A program made the translations under genes and the position numbers. The notes under the pieces were generated by a model that ran no database searches, was not told where the DNA came from, and was given only the letters and a program-made list of their open reading frames with translations. 64,000 nucleotides of DNA from Malacoraja senta (lineage: Eukaryota), in assembly GCA_038087875.1 (NCBI GenBank), contig CM075977.1, forward strand, positions 312,046,001-312,110,000. The letters run 5' to 3'. Below are positions 49,901-61,340 of this stretch, piece by piece (position 1 is the stretch's first letter; each line of letters begins with the position of its first letter).

Positions 49901-52900
49901 TCCTTAAGTACTCTGGGATGCAGCCTATCTGGCCCTGGGAATTTATCGGCCTTTAATCCATTCAATTTTACCCAACACCACTTCCCGACTAACCTGGATT
50001 TCACTCAGTTCCTCCATCTCCTTTGACCCCGCGGCCCCCTGCTATTTCCCGCAGATTATTTATGTCTTCCTTAGTGAAGACGGAACCAAAGTAGTTATTC
50101 AGTTGGTCCGCCATATCCTTGTTCTCCAATGATCAATTCACCTGTTTCTGACCTGCAAGGGACCTACATTTGTTGTTTAACTAATCTGTTTCTCTTCACA
50201 TATCTATAAAAACTTTTGCAGTCAGTTTTTTATGTTCCCTGCCAGTTTCCTTTCATAATCTATTTTTCCTTTCCTAATTAAGCCCTTTGTCCTCCTCTGC
50301 GGTCTCTGAATTTCTCCCAGTCCTCTGGTATGCTGCTTTTTCTGGCTAATTTGTACGCATTATCTTTTGCTTTGATACTATCCCTGATTTCCCTTGTTAT
50401 CCACGGATGCACTACCTTCCCTGATTTATTCTTTTGCCAAACTGGGATGAACAATTTTTGTAGTTCATCCATGCAGTCTTTAAATGCCTTCCATTGCATA
50501 TCCACCATCAACCCTTTTAGAACTAATTGCCAGTCAATCTTGGCCAATTCACGTCTCATACCCTCAAAGTTACCTTTCTTTAAGTTCAGAACCGTTGTTT
50601 CTGAATTAACTATGTCACTCTCCATCCTAATGAAGAACTCAACCATATTATTGGTCACTCTTGCCCAAGGGGGCACGCACAACAAGACTGCTAACTAACC
50701 CTTCCTCATTACTCAATACTACTTCTTCATTACTCAATGCCATCCCCAACTTCACTACTACTGCTAGGTGGCCTGTACACAACACCCACCAGTGTTTTCT
50801 GCCCCTTAGTGTTTCGCAGCTCTACCCATACCGATTCCACATCCTCCAAGCTAATGTCCTTCCTTTCCACTGTGTTAATCTCCTCTCTAACCAGCAACGC
50901 TACCCCACCTCCTTTTCCTTTCTCTCTATCCCTCCTGAATATTGAATATCCCTGGATGTTCAGCTCCCAGCCTTGGTCACCCTGGAGCCATGTCTCCGTG
51001 ATCCCAACTATATCATAATCATTAATTGCTATCTGCACGTTCAACTCATCCACCTTATTACGAATGCTCCTTGCATTGAGACACAAAGCCTTCAGGCTTG
51101 TGTTTACAACGCTCTTAACCCTTATACAATTATGTTGAAAATTGGCCCTTTTTGATTTTTGCCCTGGATTTGTCTGCCTGCCACTTTTACTTTTCACCTT
51201 GCTACCTATTGCTTCCGCCCGCATTTTACACCCCTCTGTTTCTCTGCTCACCCATTTAAGAACCCCACCACCTCTTATTCTCTGTTTATTATTGTTTTCT
51301 TCTTTCCCCCCTGCATGTTGGGTCTGAGTGCTTTCCTTCTCTGCCTCCTGCCTCACACACCGTCTAATAGCATTCTCTATTTGAGTCCCTCCCCCCAACC
51401 ATTCTAGTTTAAAGTCTCCCCAGTAGCCTTTGCAGATCTCCCCGCCAGGATATTGGTCCCCCTCAGGTTTAAGTGCAACCCATCCTTTTTGTACAGGTCG
51501 AACCTTCCACAAAAGAGGTCCCAATGGTCCAGAAATTTGAATCCCTGCCTTCTGCACCAGTCCTTGAGCCACGCATTTATCCTCCACCTCGCTCCATTCC
51601 TACTCTCACTGTCGTGTGGCACAGGCAGTAATTCCGAGATTGTCCTTCTCTTTAACTCCCCTCCTAACTCCCTAAATTCTCCTTTCAGGACCTCTTCTCT
51701 TTTTTTACCTATGTCATTGGTACCTATATGTACCACGACCTCGGGCTCCTCTCCCTGCCCTTTCAGGATATCTTGGACACGTTGAGACACATCACAGACC
51801 CTGGCACCAGGGAGGCAAACTACCATCCGGGTCTTCCGACTGCGTCCACAGAATCGCCTGTCTGACCCCCTAACTATAGAGTCCCCTATTAGTATTGCCC
51901 TCCTCTTCTTTTCCTTACCCTTCTGAGCAACAGGGCCGGTCTCTATACCGGAGGCCCGGCCGCTGTCGCTACCCCCGGTAGGCTGTCCACCCCAACAGTC
52001 CTCAAACAGGAGTACTTATTGTCAAGGTGTACAGCCACCGGGGTACTCTCTAGTCCCTGCCTGTGCCCCTTGCCTCTCCCAACCGTGATCCACTTTCCTG
52101 CCTCCTGTGGTCTTGGAGTGACCACATCCCTGTAACTCCTCTCAATGACTTCCTCGCTCTCCCTGACCAGACGGAGGTCATCGAGCTGCTGCTCCAGGTT
52201 CCTAATACGGTCCATTAGGAGCCCCATCTCGATACACCTGGCGCAGATGTGGACGTCTGGAGGGCTATCAGACTCCATGACTTCCCACATCTGACATCCA
52301 GAACAGTAAACTGCCCTGGCCCTCATACTCCCCTTACTTAGGATACAATAGAAAACAAACTGCTACAATACAAAACAAACTGCTACAATACAAAACAAAC
52401 TGTGTCAACAGTGAACTAAATGGTTATATGTAACCGAAAACTCACATGGGTTAACATGTCCTTAAAAATATGAATGCAGCTTGAAAGTTACTTACTGGCC
52501 CATAAGAGCTTTTAAAGAACCGAAGTTAGAACGCAACAGTACACAGATATAGGGCCAGGCCATATGTGGTAACAGCACACAAAAATCCAGCTGGAAATCG
52601 TTTCTAATTTACAGTGCACATATAGTGATATTTGGCTGTAGCCATTTTGTATAAGTATATTAGTAAATAAGCAGCACACCCGGATGAATAAGCACGTTCA
52701 GCCATGTAAACAAACCACAGACGTTAGCTGACATGCTGCACGACGTGCCAGTAGGTAGAGCTATACAGTGTTACCTCTCATCTAGTGGGTTCAAAGTTCC
52801 TAAACAGAGTCTTTATATGGGTTTAGGTGACCTAGGGAGGCTGTCGATATATTTCTGCGCCTCCTGGGCTGAGTTTATCCACTTTCTGGCTCCACCGGAC

Positions 52901-53698
52901 AACGTGAGACGGAGTCGAGCTGGATATAGCAGAGCAGGCTTTAGTCCCAGTTTGTAAAGTTCTGCCATGACGTCTCTGTAATCTGCCTGCTGGCTCTGAA
53001 CTTCAGGGCTGTAATCGTCCACAATCCGAATTGGTTTTCCGCGAAATTCAAGATTCCCTCTCCGCCGTGCCTCTCTGATGAGGAGATCCTTCGTCTGGTA
53101 CCGATGCAGGCGGAGAATGACTGGCCGCGGTCTCTGGCCGGGGGCCGGTTTAGCGTTTAGGGAGCGATGGGCTCTGTCGACTTCTGGAGGGGATGTCAAC
53201 GTCTCGCTCCCGAAAACCTCTCGCAGCAAACTGGAGAAAAACTCAGTGGGCCGTCCGCTTTCAGTGGATTCCGGTAGACCGAGGATGCGTATGTTTTGTC
53301 GCCGACTTCGGCCCTCCAAGTCGGCCACTTTATGTCACCACTCAGAGTGGAACAAATGTTCTCAAGGTCGACGACTCGCTGGTTAAGGTCCTCTGCAGAA
53401 AGTTCCAGGGATGAGACACGTTGATCATGATACTCCACTGTAAGCTTCATTTGGTCTAGCTTTGAGTCGAGCCGACCAACCAAAGTTCTAACCTCGGTGG
53501 CTAGCGCAGCGTGGTAATAGCCTCCAAGCCAACATCCGCATCCTCCCTTTTGCTTGACCTTGTACCCTTCGAAGTCATTTAGAGAGACGGCAACACTTAA
53601 TCTAAAGGAATGTCAGACAAGTAAAAAAAAGCTGACTTCGTTCTGGTGTAAAAGTTAGAGGGCGGAATGTTATGAAAATTATAAGATTACCGGAGCAC
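43917..53698 (-). mobile_element. Full-length fish-type L1 (ORF1 + ORF2), frameshifted, with a CR1 in its inter-ORF spacer
   Basis: ORF1 ~52813-53578 (LEGRSRRQNIRILGLPE, EVDRAHR). ORF2 44201-47949 (SWNVKGLN, SRIDYF, SDH, PGPDG, GTRQGCP, YADD, CARC...H...C). Poly(A) near 43917-43927. Confidence 0.95.
48367..52397 (-). mobile_element. Full-length CR1 LINE with zinc-finger/esterase ORF1
   Basis: ORF1 CSGC..CARC + coiled coil + SGNH-type GTND/DGLH motifs (51404-52326). ORF2 APE (LNARSIRNK, ETWL) and RT (PQGSVLGP, KFADD). CTATG-type tail; TSD AACTGTGTCA at 48357-48366 and 52398-52407. Confidence 0.95.
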
Positions 53699-54355
53699 GC
53701 GTGTTTTCTTGGCTTGCAAAGTGTTTGCCCAATTGGCTTGGCTATTAAAGGGCTTTCAGAAAATGTGTTTTGTTGGCTTGCAAAGTGTTTGCCCGATTGG
53801 CTTTTTAGCTTTTTAAAGGGCTTTCAGAAAATGTGTTTTGTTGGCTTGCAAAGTGTTTGCCCAATTGACTTTTTGGCTTTTTAAAGGGCTTTCAGAAAAT
53901 GTGTTTTGTTGGCTTGCAAAGTGTTTGCCCAATTGGCTTTTTGGCTTTTTAAAGGGCTCTCAGAAAACGTGTTTTGTTGGCTCGCAAAGTGTTTGCCTAA
54001 TTGGCTTGGCTATTAAAGAGCTCTCAGAAAACGTGTTTTGTTGGCTTGCAAAGTGTTTGCCCAATTGGCTTGGCTATTAAAGGGTTTTCAGAAAATGTGT
54101 TTTGTTGGCTTGCAAAGTGTTTGCCCAATTGGCTTTTTGGCTTTTTAAAGGGCTTTCAGAAAATGTGTTTTGTTGGCTTGCAAAGTGTTTGCCCAATTGG
54201 CTTTTTGCCTTTTTAAAGGGCTTTCAGAAAATGTGTTTTGTTGGCTTGCAAAGTGTTTGCCCAATTGGCTTTTTGGCTTTTTAAAGGGTTTTCAGAAAAT
54301 GTGTTTTGTTGGCTTGCAAAGTGTTTGCCTAATTGGCTTGGCTTTTAAAGGGCTT
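53699..54355. repeat. 64/68-bp minisatellite, right part
   Basis: About 10 units of the same monomer as 43660-43920. Confidence 0.95.
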
Positions 54356-55581
54356 GCTTGCAACCGTTTTTGGATGGATAAAGCGTGAATAAACATTTTA
54401 TTAGATTAGGACTGTGTTTAATTTCAAAATTGGCGCTCATTCTGTGATTTTCGCTTAGTTGCAAGATGGTGCCGATGACGTCATTCTTTCTTAAAATTTG
54501 ACTGCTGAATCTCTCTATATTAAAATTGTCTCTTTTTATCAACAGGAGATAGTCATCAAGAGGCAGTGAGCAGCAGAACACAACAAGAGACACAACAAGA
54601 AATAACTTAATAATTCTCATGTTTAACATTTAAATTGTTCTTATATTTTAAGAGTCATTCACATTTTAAACTTTAATAAATCCTTTTTGCACTTTTGATG
54701 CCTGTGTGTTCTTCATCACAATAGGAACCTAATGGGCAGAAATGGCTGCTCTGTGGGAGAGCCACCAAGAGTGCATGGGGGGAGGTTGTGGGGAGATGCA
54801 CTTAATGCGTGGGGGGGAGGGGAATGGCAAGGAGCAGAGTGGGGGGGTGAAGGGAGGAGGAGTGACTGAGTGAATTGCCAGCGTACCAGGCGTGAGTGAC
54901 TGCACTGCCAGCCCACGAGCCATGAGTAAGTGAACTGCCATCCCACCAGCCGTAAGTGACTGAATTGCCAGCCCAATTGTATTGTATTGTATTGTATTGT
55001 ATATCTTTATTGTCATTTCCTGAGTATTCGCATACCCAGAGGAAACAAAAAAACGTTCCTCAACCAGTGTCCATTTCAGTGTGCAGTAAAAAATAAATAG
55101 AAGTAAAAATACATATATCATGAACAAATTAACACTCTACTCTACTAAACATCAACAGGCGTTCCGATCGGCAGCGGCACGACAGTGGCTCTGCTGCAGT
55201 GTGTCCAGGTTGGTGGTTGGTGCACGATACTTTGGCAGGGGACAAAGTCCGTTTATAAGTCTTATAACCTGCGGGAAGAAGCTGAGGAGCATCCTGCTGG
55301 TTTTGCACCTAATGCTCCGGTACCTCTTCCCAGATGGCAGGATGGAGAATATGTGATGCGATGGGTGGTAGGGGTCTTTGATGATGGAGATGGCTCTGCT
55401 GATACATCTCTTCCTGTATATGTCCAGCAGGAAAGGGAGTGGAGCACCAATAATCCTGCTGGCGGCCTTCACAATCCTGTCTAGTTGGTGCCGTTCGTAC
55501 GCCTTGCAGCTCCCGAACCAGGAAGTGATGCCGTAGGTTAATGTGCTCTCGATTGTCCCCCTATAAAAAGTTCGTAGGTGT

Positions 55582-58500
55582 TGTAGATGAGATATGCATG
55601 TGCCTTTAACATAGTGACCTCATACCTACTAACCACTCCCCATATCACAAGTATATCTACAACCTCCCCACCCACAGATCGCTCTCTAGTTCCTGTGACA
55701 GACCACGTACAGCTAGTGCAATGTGTAATGATCCAGTATGAATAAAGATAGTAAAGTAACGATGCCTCGTTATACACTCTTTACAAGCCGGATCTGACTT
55801 TAACCGATGCTATGCACGCTACTCGCTTAGCTGAAGCTGTTTCCTCGGCGGCGGCGCCGGCTGAGCAGGCGATCAACTTTGCCAGCACTCCCAGTCATCT
55901 CATGAACACACCCCAGTCGCGACCCCCGGGGTCGCTCACTGCTCGAGGGGGACGCGCCCCGGGGTTCGGTGCTGCTACAGGGGGAGGTACCCGGCAAAGG
56001 TGCCCTAATTGCAACTTCACGACTCATCAATTCAATGTGTGCCCTGCCTTGGGGAAAACGTGTAATGTCTGCAAAAAATTGAACCATTTTGCTGCGGCTT
56101 GTCGTTCCCGTGGGAAGCCTGTCGCTGCTCGAAGGGGAAATTTAAACAACCTTCTACAAGCTGACAGTGAGCTCAGCTCCCAGTGCTATTTCGATGAACA
56201 GTCTGTTTCTGCATCTGACTCCTCTCAGGGGGAGACCAACTTGTTTACCGTGTTGGACGCACCTGCTATGATAACGGACCCTTCTGTGCTAGTCACTGTG
56301 AACAACTCGACCTTCACTGCTAAGATCGACACGGGGGCTGTGGCCAACGTAGTGTCAACATCTCTTTTCAACCAGATAAGAACTAATGAGCAGATATTTT
56401 CCCAGAGCTCAACCTTGCATGCCTACGGTGGGGAGATTCTTACTCCTGTGGGCAAGGCCACGCTACGCTGTAAGATACTAGAGACCTCTCGGCCCCTCAC
56501 CTTCTATCTCCTCAATCAAAAATGCATTCCCCTGCTGGGGATCCAGGCATGCCAGGAAATGGGACTGGTGTACTTCCACCGTGACATCCACCAGGTGCTG
56601 ACTCTTATGGACCCGCTGGCCGATTATCCCGACCGCTTTGATGATAAGCTAGGCAAACTACCCTGCAGCTACAAGATTGTAGTGGACCATAAGATCGTTC
56701 CTGTGGTCCATGCTCCTCACCGTGTCTCCTTCGCCATGAGGGACAGAGTGGAGCCGACCCTACACAGTATGGTACAAATGGGCATCCTAAAGGCGGTCGT
56801 CGAGCCCACCAGCTGGGTCTCTTCCATGGTTGTTGCTGCTAAAAAGGACATGAGCGAGATATGCATCTGCATCAACCCCAAAGACCTCAACCTGGCCATT
56901 AGACGCCCTCACTACCCTATGAGAACGGTGGAAGAAGTCGCTGCACAGGTTGGTCCAGCAACGGTTTTTTCTGTCCTCGATGCCAAAAGCTCCTTCTGGC
57001 AGATACCACTGGACGAGCGGTCGTCCATTTTGACAACTTTCGCCACCCCCTACGGAAGGTTTCGGTTCCTCCGAATGCCATTCGGGATCAACTCTGCCAG
57101 CGAGGTATTTCAGCGGACAATGGAGCAGTTGTTTTTAGGTCTACCTTGCGCCATAATTGTTGACGACATCCTCGTTTACGGTAAGGACGTTGCCGAACAC
57201 GATGTCAACCTCCGCCAGGTCCTGGACCGGGCCCGGCAAATCAACTTGAAACTGAACCCCAAGAAGTGCCGATTCCGCGTCCCGGAGGTCACCTATGTTG
57301 GACATGTATTCACCGCTGAGGGGTTAAAGCCAGACCCGCAGAAAACGGCTGCCATCTCAGGGATGCCCCCTCCTACCAATGTGGCAGGCCTGCAACGCTT
57401 CCTAGGCTTGGTAAACTACCTGGGGAAGTTCATCCCCGACCTCAGCGAGCTCAGCGCTCCCCTGAGGGATCTGATCAAAAAGGACACGTCCTGGCTTTGG
57501 TTACCCAACCATCAGAAGGCATTCGACATTCTTAAGTCTAAGCTGATCAGCACCCCCACGCTCAAGTTCTTTGACCTGCAGCGTCCCATTGTCCTCACCT
57601 GCGACGCCTCTCAGTTCGGACTCGGTGCCGCCTGTCTCCAGGTCCATGACGGCCTGCAGCTGCCTGTCTCCTTCGCGTCCCGCACCATGACCGCCACCGA
57701 ACAGCACTACACGCAGATTGAGAAGGAGCTACTGGCCGTGGTGTTTGCCTGCTCCAAATTCTGGGACTACATCGTGGGCAACAATTTCACCGTTGAAACT
57801 GACCATCAGCCACTTGTCACCATCCTCAACAAGTCGATCCATGTGGCCTCATCACGCCTGCAGCGCATGATGCTGCAGCTCCAGCGCTTCACGTTCACGG
57901 TGGTTTATCGTAAGGGCAAGGACATGTTCGTGGCCGACACGTTGTCTCGCGCCCCGCTGACGTCCACCGCTCGCCACCAATATGAAATGTCTGAGCTATT
58001 GGTGCTACGATTGAACATCGTCCCCTCACAGCAGATGAAGTCCCTGGTTGAACACACTACCAATGACCCTGCCCTGCAACAGCTGTCTGCCGTCATCCGG
58101 CAGGGCTGGCCTGACCGTCGTTCGGCACTGCCGGCTGGTGCCGTGCCCTACTTCCTGGTCCGGGACGAGCTCGTACTGCACGACGGCGTGGTGGTGAAGG
58201 GTCACAAAGTGGTCGTGCCCGCGGCGCTGCACGACCACTATTTTCAAGTCGCTCACCGCGGTCATCCTGGGGCCGAAGCCACCGTGTCTCTCGCCAGGAG
58301 CCAGTTCTATTGGCCGGATATGGCCAAATACATCCGGGAGAGGGTCTCCTCGTGTTCCACCTGCAACAGCCTTGCCCCCCACCAGCAGCGTCAGCCGCTT
58401 CTGCAGCAGCCCGCGTCCGAACTGCCCTGGATGGCGCTTGCCGCTGACATTTTCGAGTGGCGGGGCAAACATTTCCTGGTTCTCGTTGACTCCTACTCCA

Positions 58501-59764
58501 GCTGGTTTGTGGTCGACCGGCTGCATTCCATAACCTCTTCGGCCGTCATCGATAGGTTGTACCCTCATTTTGGCAATTTTGGCCCCCCGGCAAGTCGGAC
58601 AATGGCAGCCAGTTCACGAGCTCCGAGTTTAAAGCGTTCGCTTCCAGATGGAACTTCCGCCATTTCACCAGCAGCCCGGAGTACCCGCAAAGCAACGGTT
58701 TGGCCGAGCGCGCAGTCCGCAGCGCGAAGCACCTGTTCGAACAGTGTGGTGGCATTAACTCCGACTTCCATCTGGCCCTCCTCAACCTTCGGAACATTTC
58801 CCGCGACTCTGCCATGGGTTCACCTGCTCAGCGGCTCATGTCTCGCGCTACCAGACTCCCGCTCCCTGTGGCCCAGCGCTCAGTCATACCCTCCATCCTC
58901 CCACCTACGGCGGTTCAGAAACGCATTGCCTTCAGGCACGACGTCCAACAGCGTTCCCATGACAGGTCCTGCCACCCGCTGCCGCGCCTCTTCCCCGGTC
59001 AAGTTGTCCGTATGCAGACCGCTCCCGGTCACTCCAAGCTCGCTACCGTCGTCGGCTCTGCTGGGTCGCCCAGGTCCTATCTCGTCGACCACGCTGGAGC
59101 CATTTACCGACGGTCCCGCCAGCACCTTCGGCTCGTCAACGAGCCGCGTCCTCCTGCCGCGGATCCCTTTGCTCCCCCACTGCCTGTTTCGCGTCAGGGC
59201 GTTGCTCTGCCCGTCCTTCCTGACATGCAACGTTCTGCTCCTCCTCAGCCCCTTCCGTTCCACCCCACTCCGACTAGTCCTCGCTCGCCTGCCCGCGCTC
59301 TTCCCGGTCCCGATCTCGCATCCCCTCCGGGTTCGGTGCCGCGGTCTCCTCCGTCTCCTCCCGTTTCTCCCTTTCAGGTTCGTCTGTCCCCGCCGGTGCC
59401 TCTTCCTCCTGCAGGAAGGGTGGATGGCGAGACGCGAACCCGGGCGGGACGTCTTGTCAAACCGCCTGACTGCTATGGCGATTTTGTTTAACTATCCTAG
59501 CGCATGAGCCGTGGTCGCCATGTCACCATTGTATTTGCCTGTCGTTTCGAAGAGGAAAGATGTAGATGAGATATGCATGTGCCTTTAACATAGTGACCTC
59601 ATACCTACTAACCACTCCCCATATCACAAGTATATCTACAACCTCCCCACCCACAGATCGCTCTCTAGTTCCTGTGACAGACCACGTACAGCTAGTGCAA
59701 TGTGTAATGATCCAGTATGAATAAAGATAGTAAAGTAACGATGCCTCGTTATACACTCTTTACA
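55582..59764 (+). mobile_element. Gypsy (Mag-clade-like) LTR retrotransposon, young, gag-deleted
   Basis: 204-bp TG...CA LTRs at 55582-55785 and 59561-59764 that look identical; TSD GGTGT; PPT GAAGAGGAAAGA. Double CCHC, protease IDTGA, RT IVDD, RNase H CDAS/EKELLA/TDH, integrase HHCC. Confidence 0.97.
55812..59491 (+). pseudogene. Gypsy gag-pol polyprotein, N-terminally deleted and frameshifted in integrase
   Basis: The 1231-aa ORF loses homology at ~58595. The integrase core SDNGSQF...SSPEYPQSNGLAER continues in the frame of ORF 58700-59491. Confidence 0.9.
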
Positions 59765-61306
59765 GGTGTGTAGTGGGGAGACCTGCTTTACGTAGTCTTC
59801 GGAGAGGGTGTAGTCGCTGCTGGGCTCTCTTGACCAGTGCTGTGGTGTTGGTCGTGGACGTCAGGTCATCTGACAGGTGGAGTCCTGGGAACTTCACGCT
59901 GTTGACCCTTTCCACATCAGCTCCATCGATGTTCAGAGGTGTATGGTGTTGTTTTCCCGCCCTCCTGAAGTCAACCACCATCTCCTTGGTTTTTCCCACG
60001 TTGAGAATGAGGTTGTGGGATTTGCACCATCCTGTGAGCAGCTCCACCTCCATCCTGTACGCCGACTCATCATTGTCACTGATGAGACCCACCACTGTTG
60101 TGTCATCAGCGAACTTGTTGATGAAGTTGTTGTTGAGTCTAGCAGTACAGTCGTGTGTTAGCAGACTAAACAGCAGGGGGCTTAGGACACAGCCTTGGGG
60201 TGAGCCAGTGCTCACGGCTATGGTTTTTGATGTCCTACTGCCCACCCTGATTGTCTGCTGCCGTTGCGATAGAAAGTTCAGGACCCAGTTACATGTGCCA
60301 GCATCAACCCCCAATAGCTCCAACTTCTCCACCAACTGCTGCAGAATGATTGTATTAAAAGCAGAGCTGAAGTCTATGAAGAGGATCCTGGCATAAGTAT
60401 TTTTCCGATCAAGGTGTGACAGTACGAGGTTCAGTGTTGTTGAGACTGCATCCTCTGTGGATCGGTTGGCTCTGTAGGCGAACTGCAGTGGGTCTAGGTC
60501 GGCAGGTAGACTATTTTTGATATGCTGCATAACCAGTCGCTCAAAACATTTCATTACTATGGGTGTTAGAGCCACTGGTCGATAGTCATTATGGCAATAA
60601 TCCATTCAGTCCACCCTCTCCCCCTTCTCTCTCACAGTCTGTCACCTGTTTTGGGCAGAATTTCTGGCAGTTTCTCAGCTGCCAGCCTGCCAGGTCCGAG
60701 TGACTGTACTCCCAGGCCTCAGTGACTGAGCTGCCTGGCTTCAGTGACTGAGCTGCCAGCCCAAGAATCCATTCGGCCCACAATATCCATACTAGCCCTC
60801 TGGAAACAAGTACCTTCGGCCCACAACACCCACACTAGCGCAACAGAAAGCACCCCCCCCCCCCACCCCCACTGGCCAGCAATATTGGAATTGGTGGAGA
60901 GGTGGAATATTGCGTTGGGTGACCAGCCCTCCGGTGTGATGCTGGGACCCAACGGGTTCCACTTAGTCTAGTTTAATTCTATTCCTTTATTGTAGTGAGT
61001 GGACATTTGGTAACTTCCTATCTAGTGACACTGTGGGAGTTTCTGATTGGACCAGTGGCAATTTACCATCAGCTTCTCAAGGACAATTATGAATGGGCAA
61101 ACTATGTAATTAAAACCCTCGCTATTTGCATTCTCACCTCCTCCCACCATCCCTACCTGTCCTAAGAAACCACAATAATTTATTGGCCTTTGTACCCCTT
61201 TGTTGCTCTTCAGGCTTGAATTCTTATGTGTAATTCATATGATATTCTTCAATGAGCTTGCTGTCATTACTTCTTGCTGAACCATAAACTTAGCAATTAC
61301 TTTGGC

Positions 61307-61340
61307 CCAACAGATGGCGACTCAACGCTCCCTCTAGTGG
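61307..61340. promoter_or_regulatory. Pair of convergent CTCF-like motifs
   Basis: CCAACAGATGGCG (+, 61307-61319) and CCACTAGAGGGAGC (-, 61327-61340), each one mismatch from CCASYAGRKGGCR. Confidence 0.5.

Larger units (their letters stand above)
54976..60592 (-). mobile_element. 5'-truncated Rex1/Babar-type LINE, split by a Gypsy element
   Basis: RT 59760-60592 ([24 protein letters not shown]), C-terminus 55152-55581, (CAATA)n tail at 54976-55002. Confidence 0.92.
43305..60971 (+). mobile_element. Non-autonomous Helitron (~2.3 kb native) expanded by nested insertions
   Basis: 5' TCTATATTACTAAAA; 3' hairpin TGGGACCC-AAC-GGGTTCCA (60943-60961) followed by CTAG|T at 60968-60972. The same satellite continues on both sides of the L1, and GTGACTGARYTGCC repeats continue on both sides of the Rex-type LINE. 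Confidence 0.78.

Noticed and set aside
53672-54388. Repetitive Cys/Phe-rich ORFs, or a CRISPR-like array
   Set aside because: Translations of a 64/68-bp minisatellite with no unique spacers, in eukaryotic DNA.
57156-57170. IVDD instead of YxDD in the Gypsy RT
   Set aside because: A hydrophobic residue in place of Tyr is common in Mag-type Gypsy elements; it is not evidence of novelty.
55812-59507. 1231-aa ORF as an intact polyprotein with a novel C-terminus or overlapping gene
   Set aside because: The last ~300 aa are out-of-frame read-through after an integrase frameshift in GC-rich sequence.
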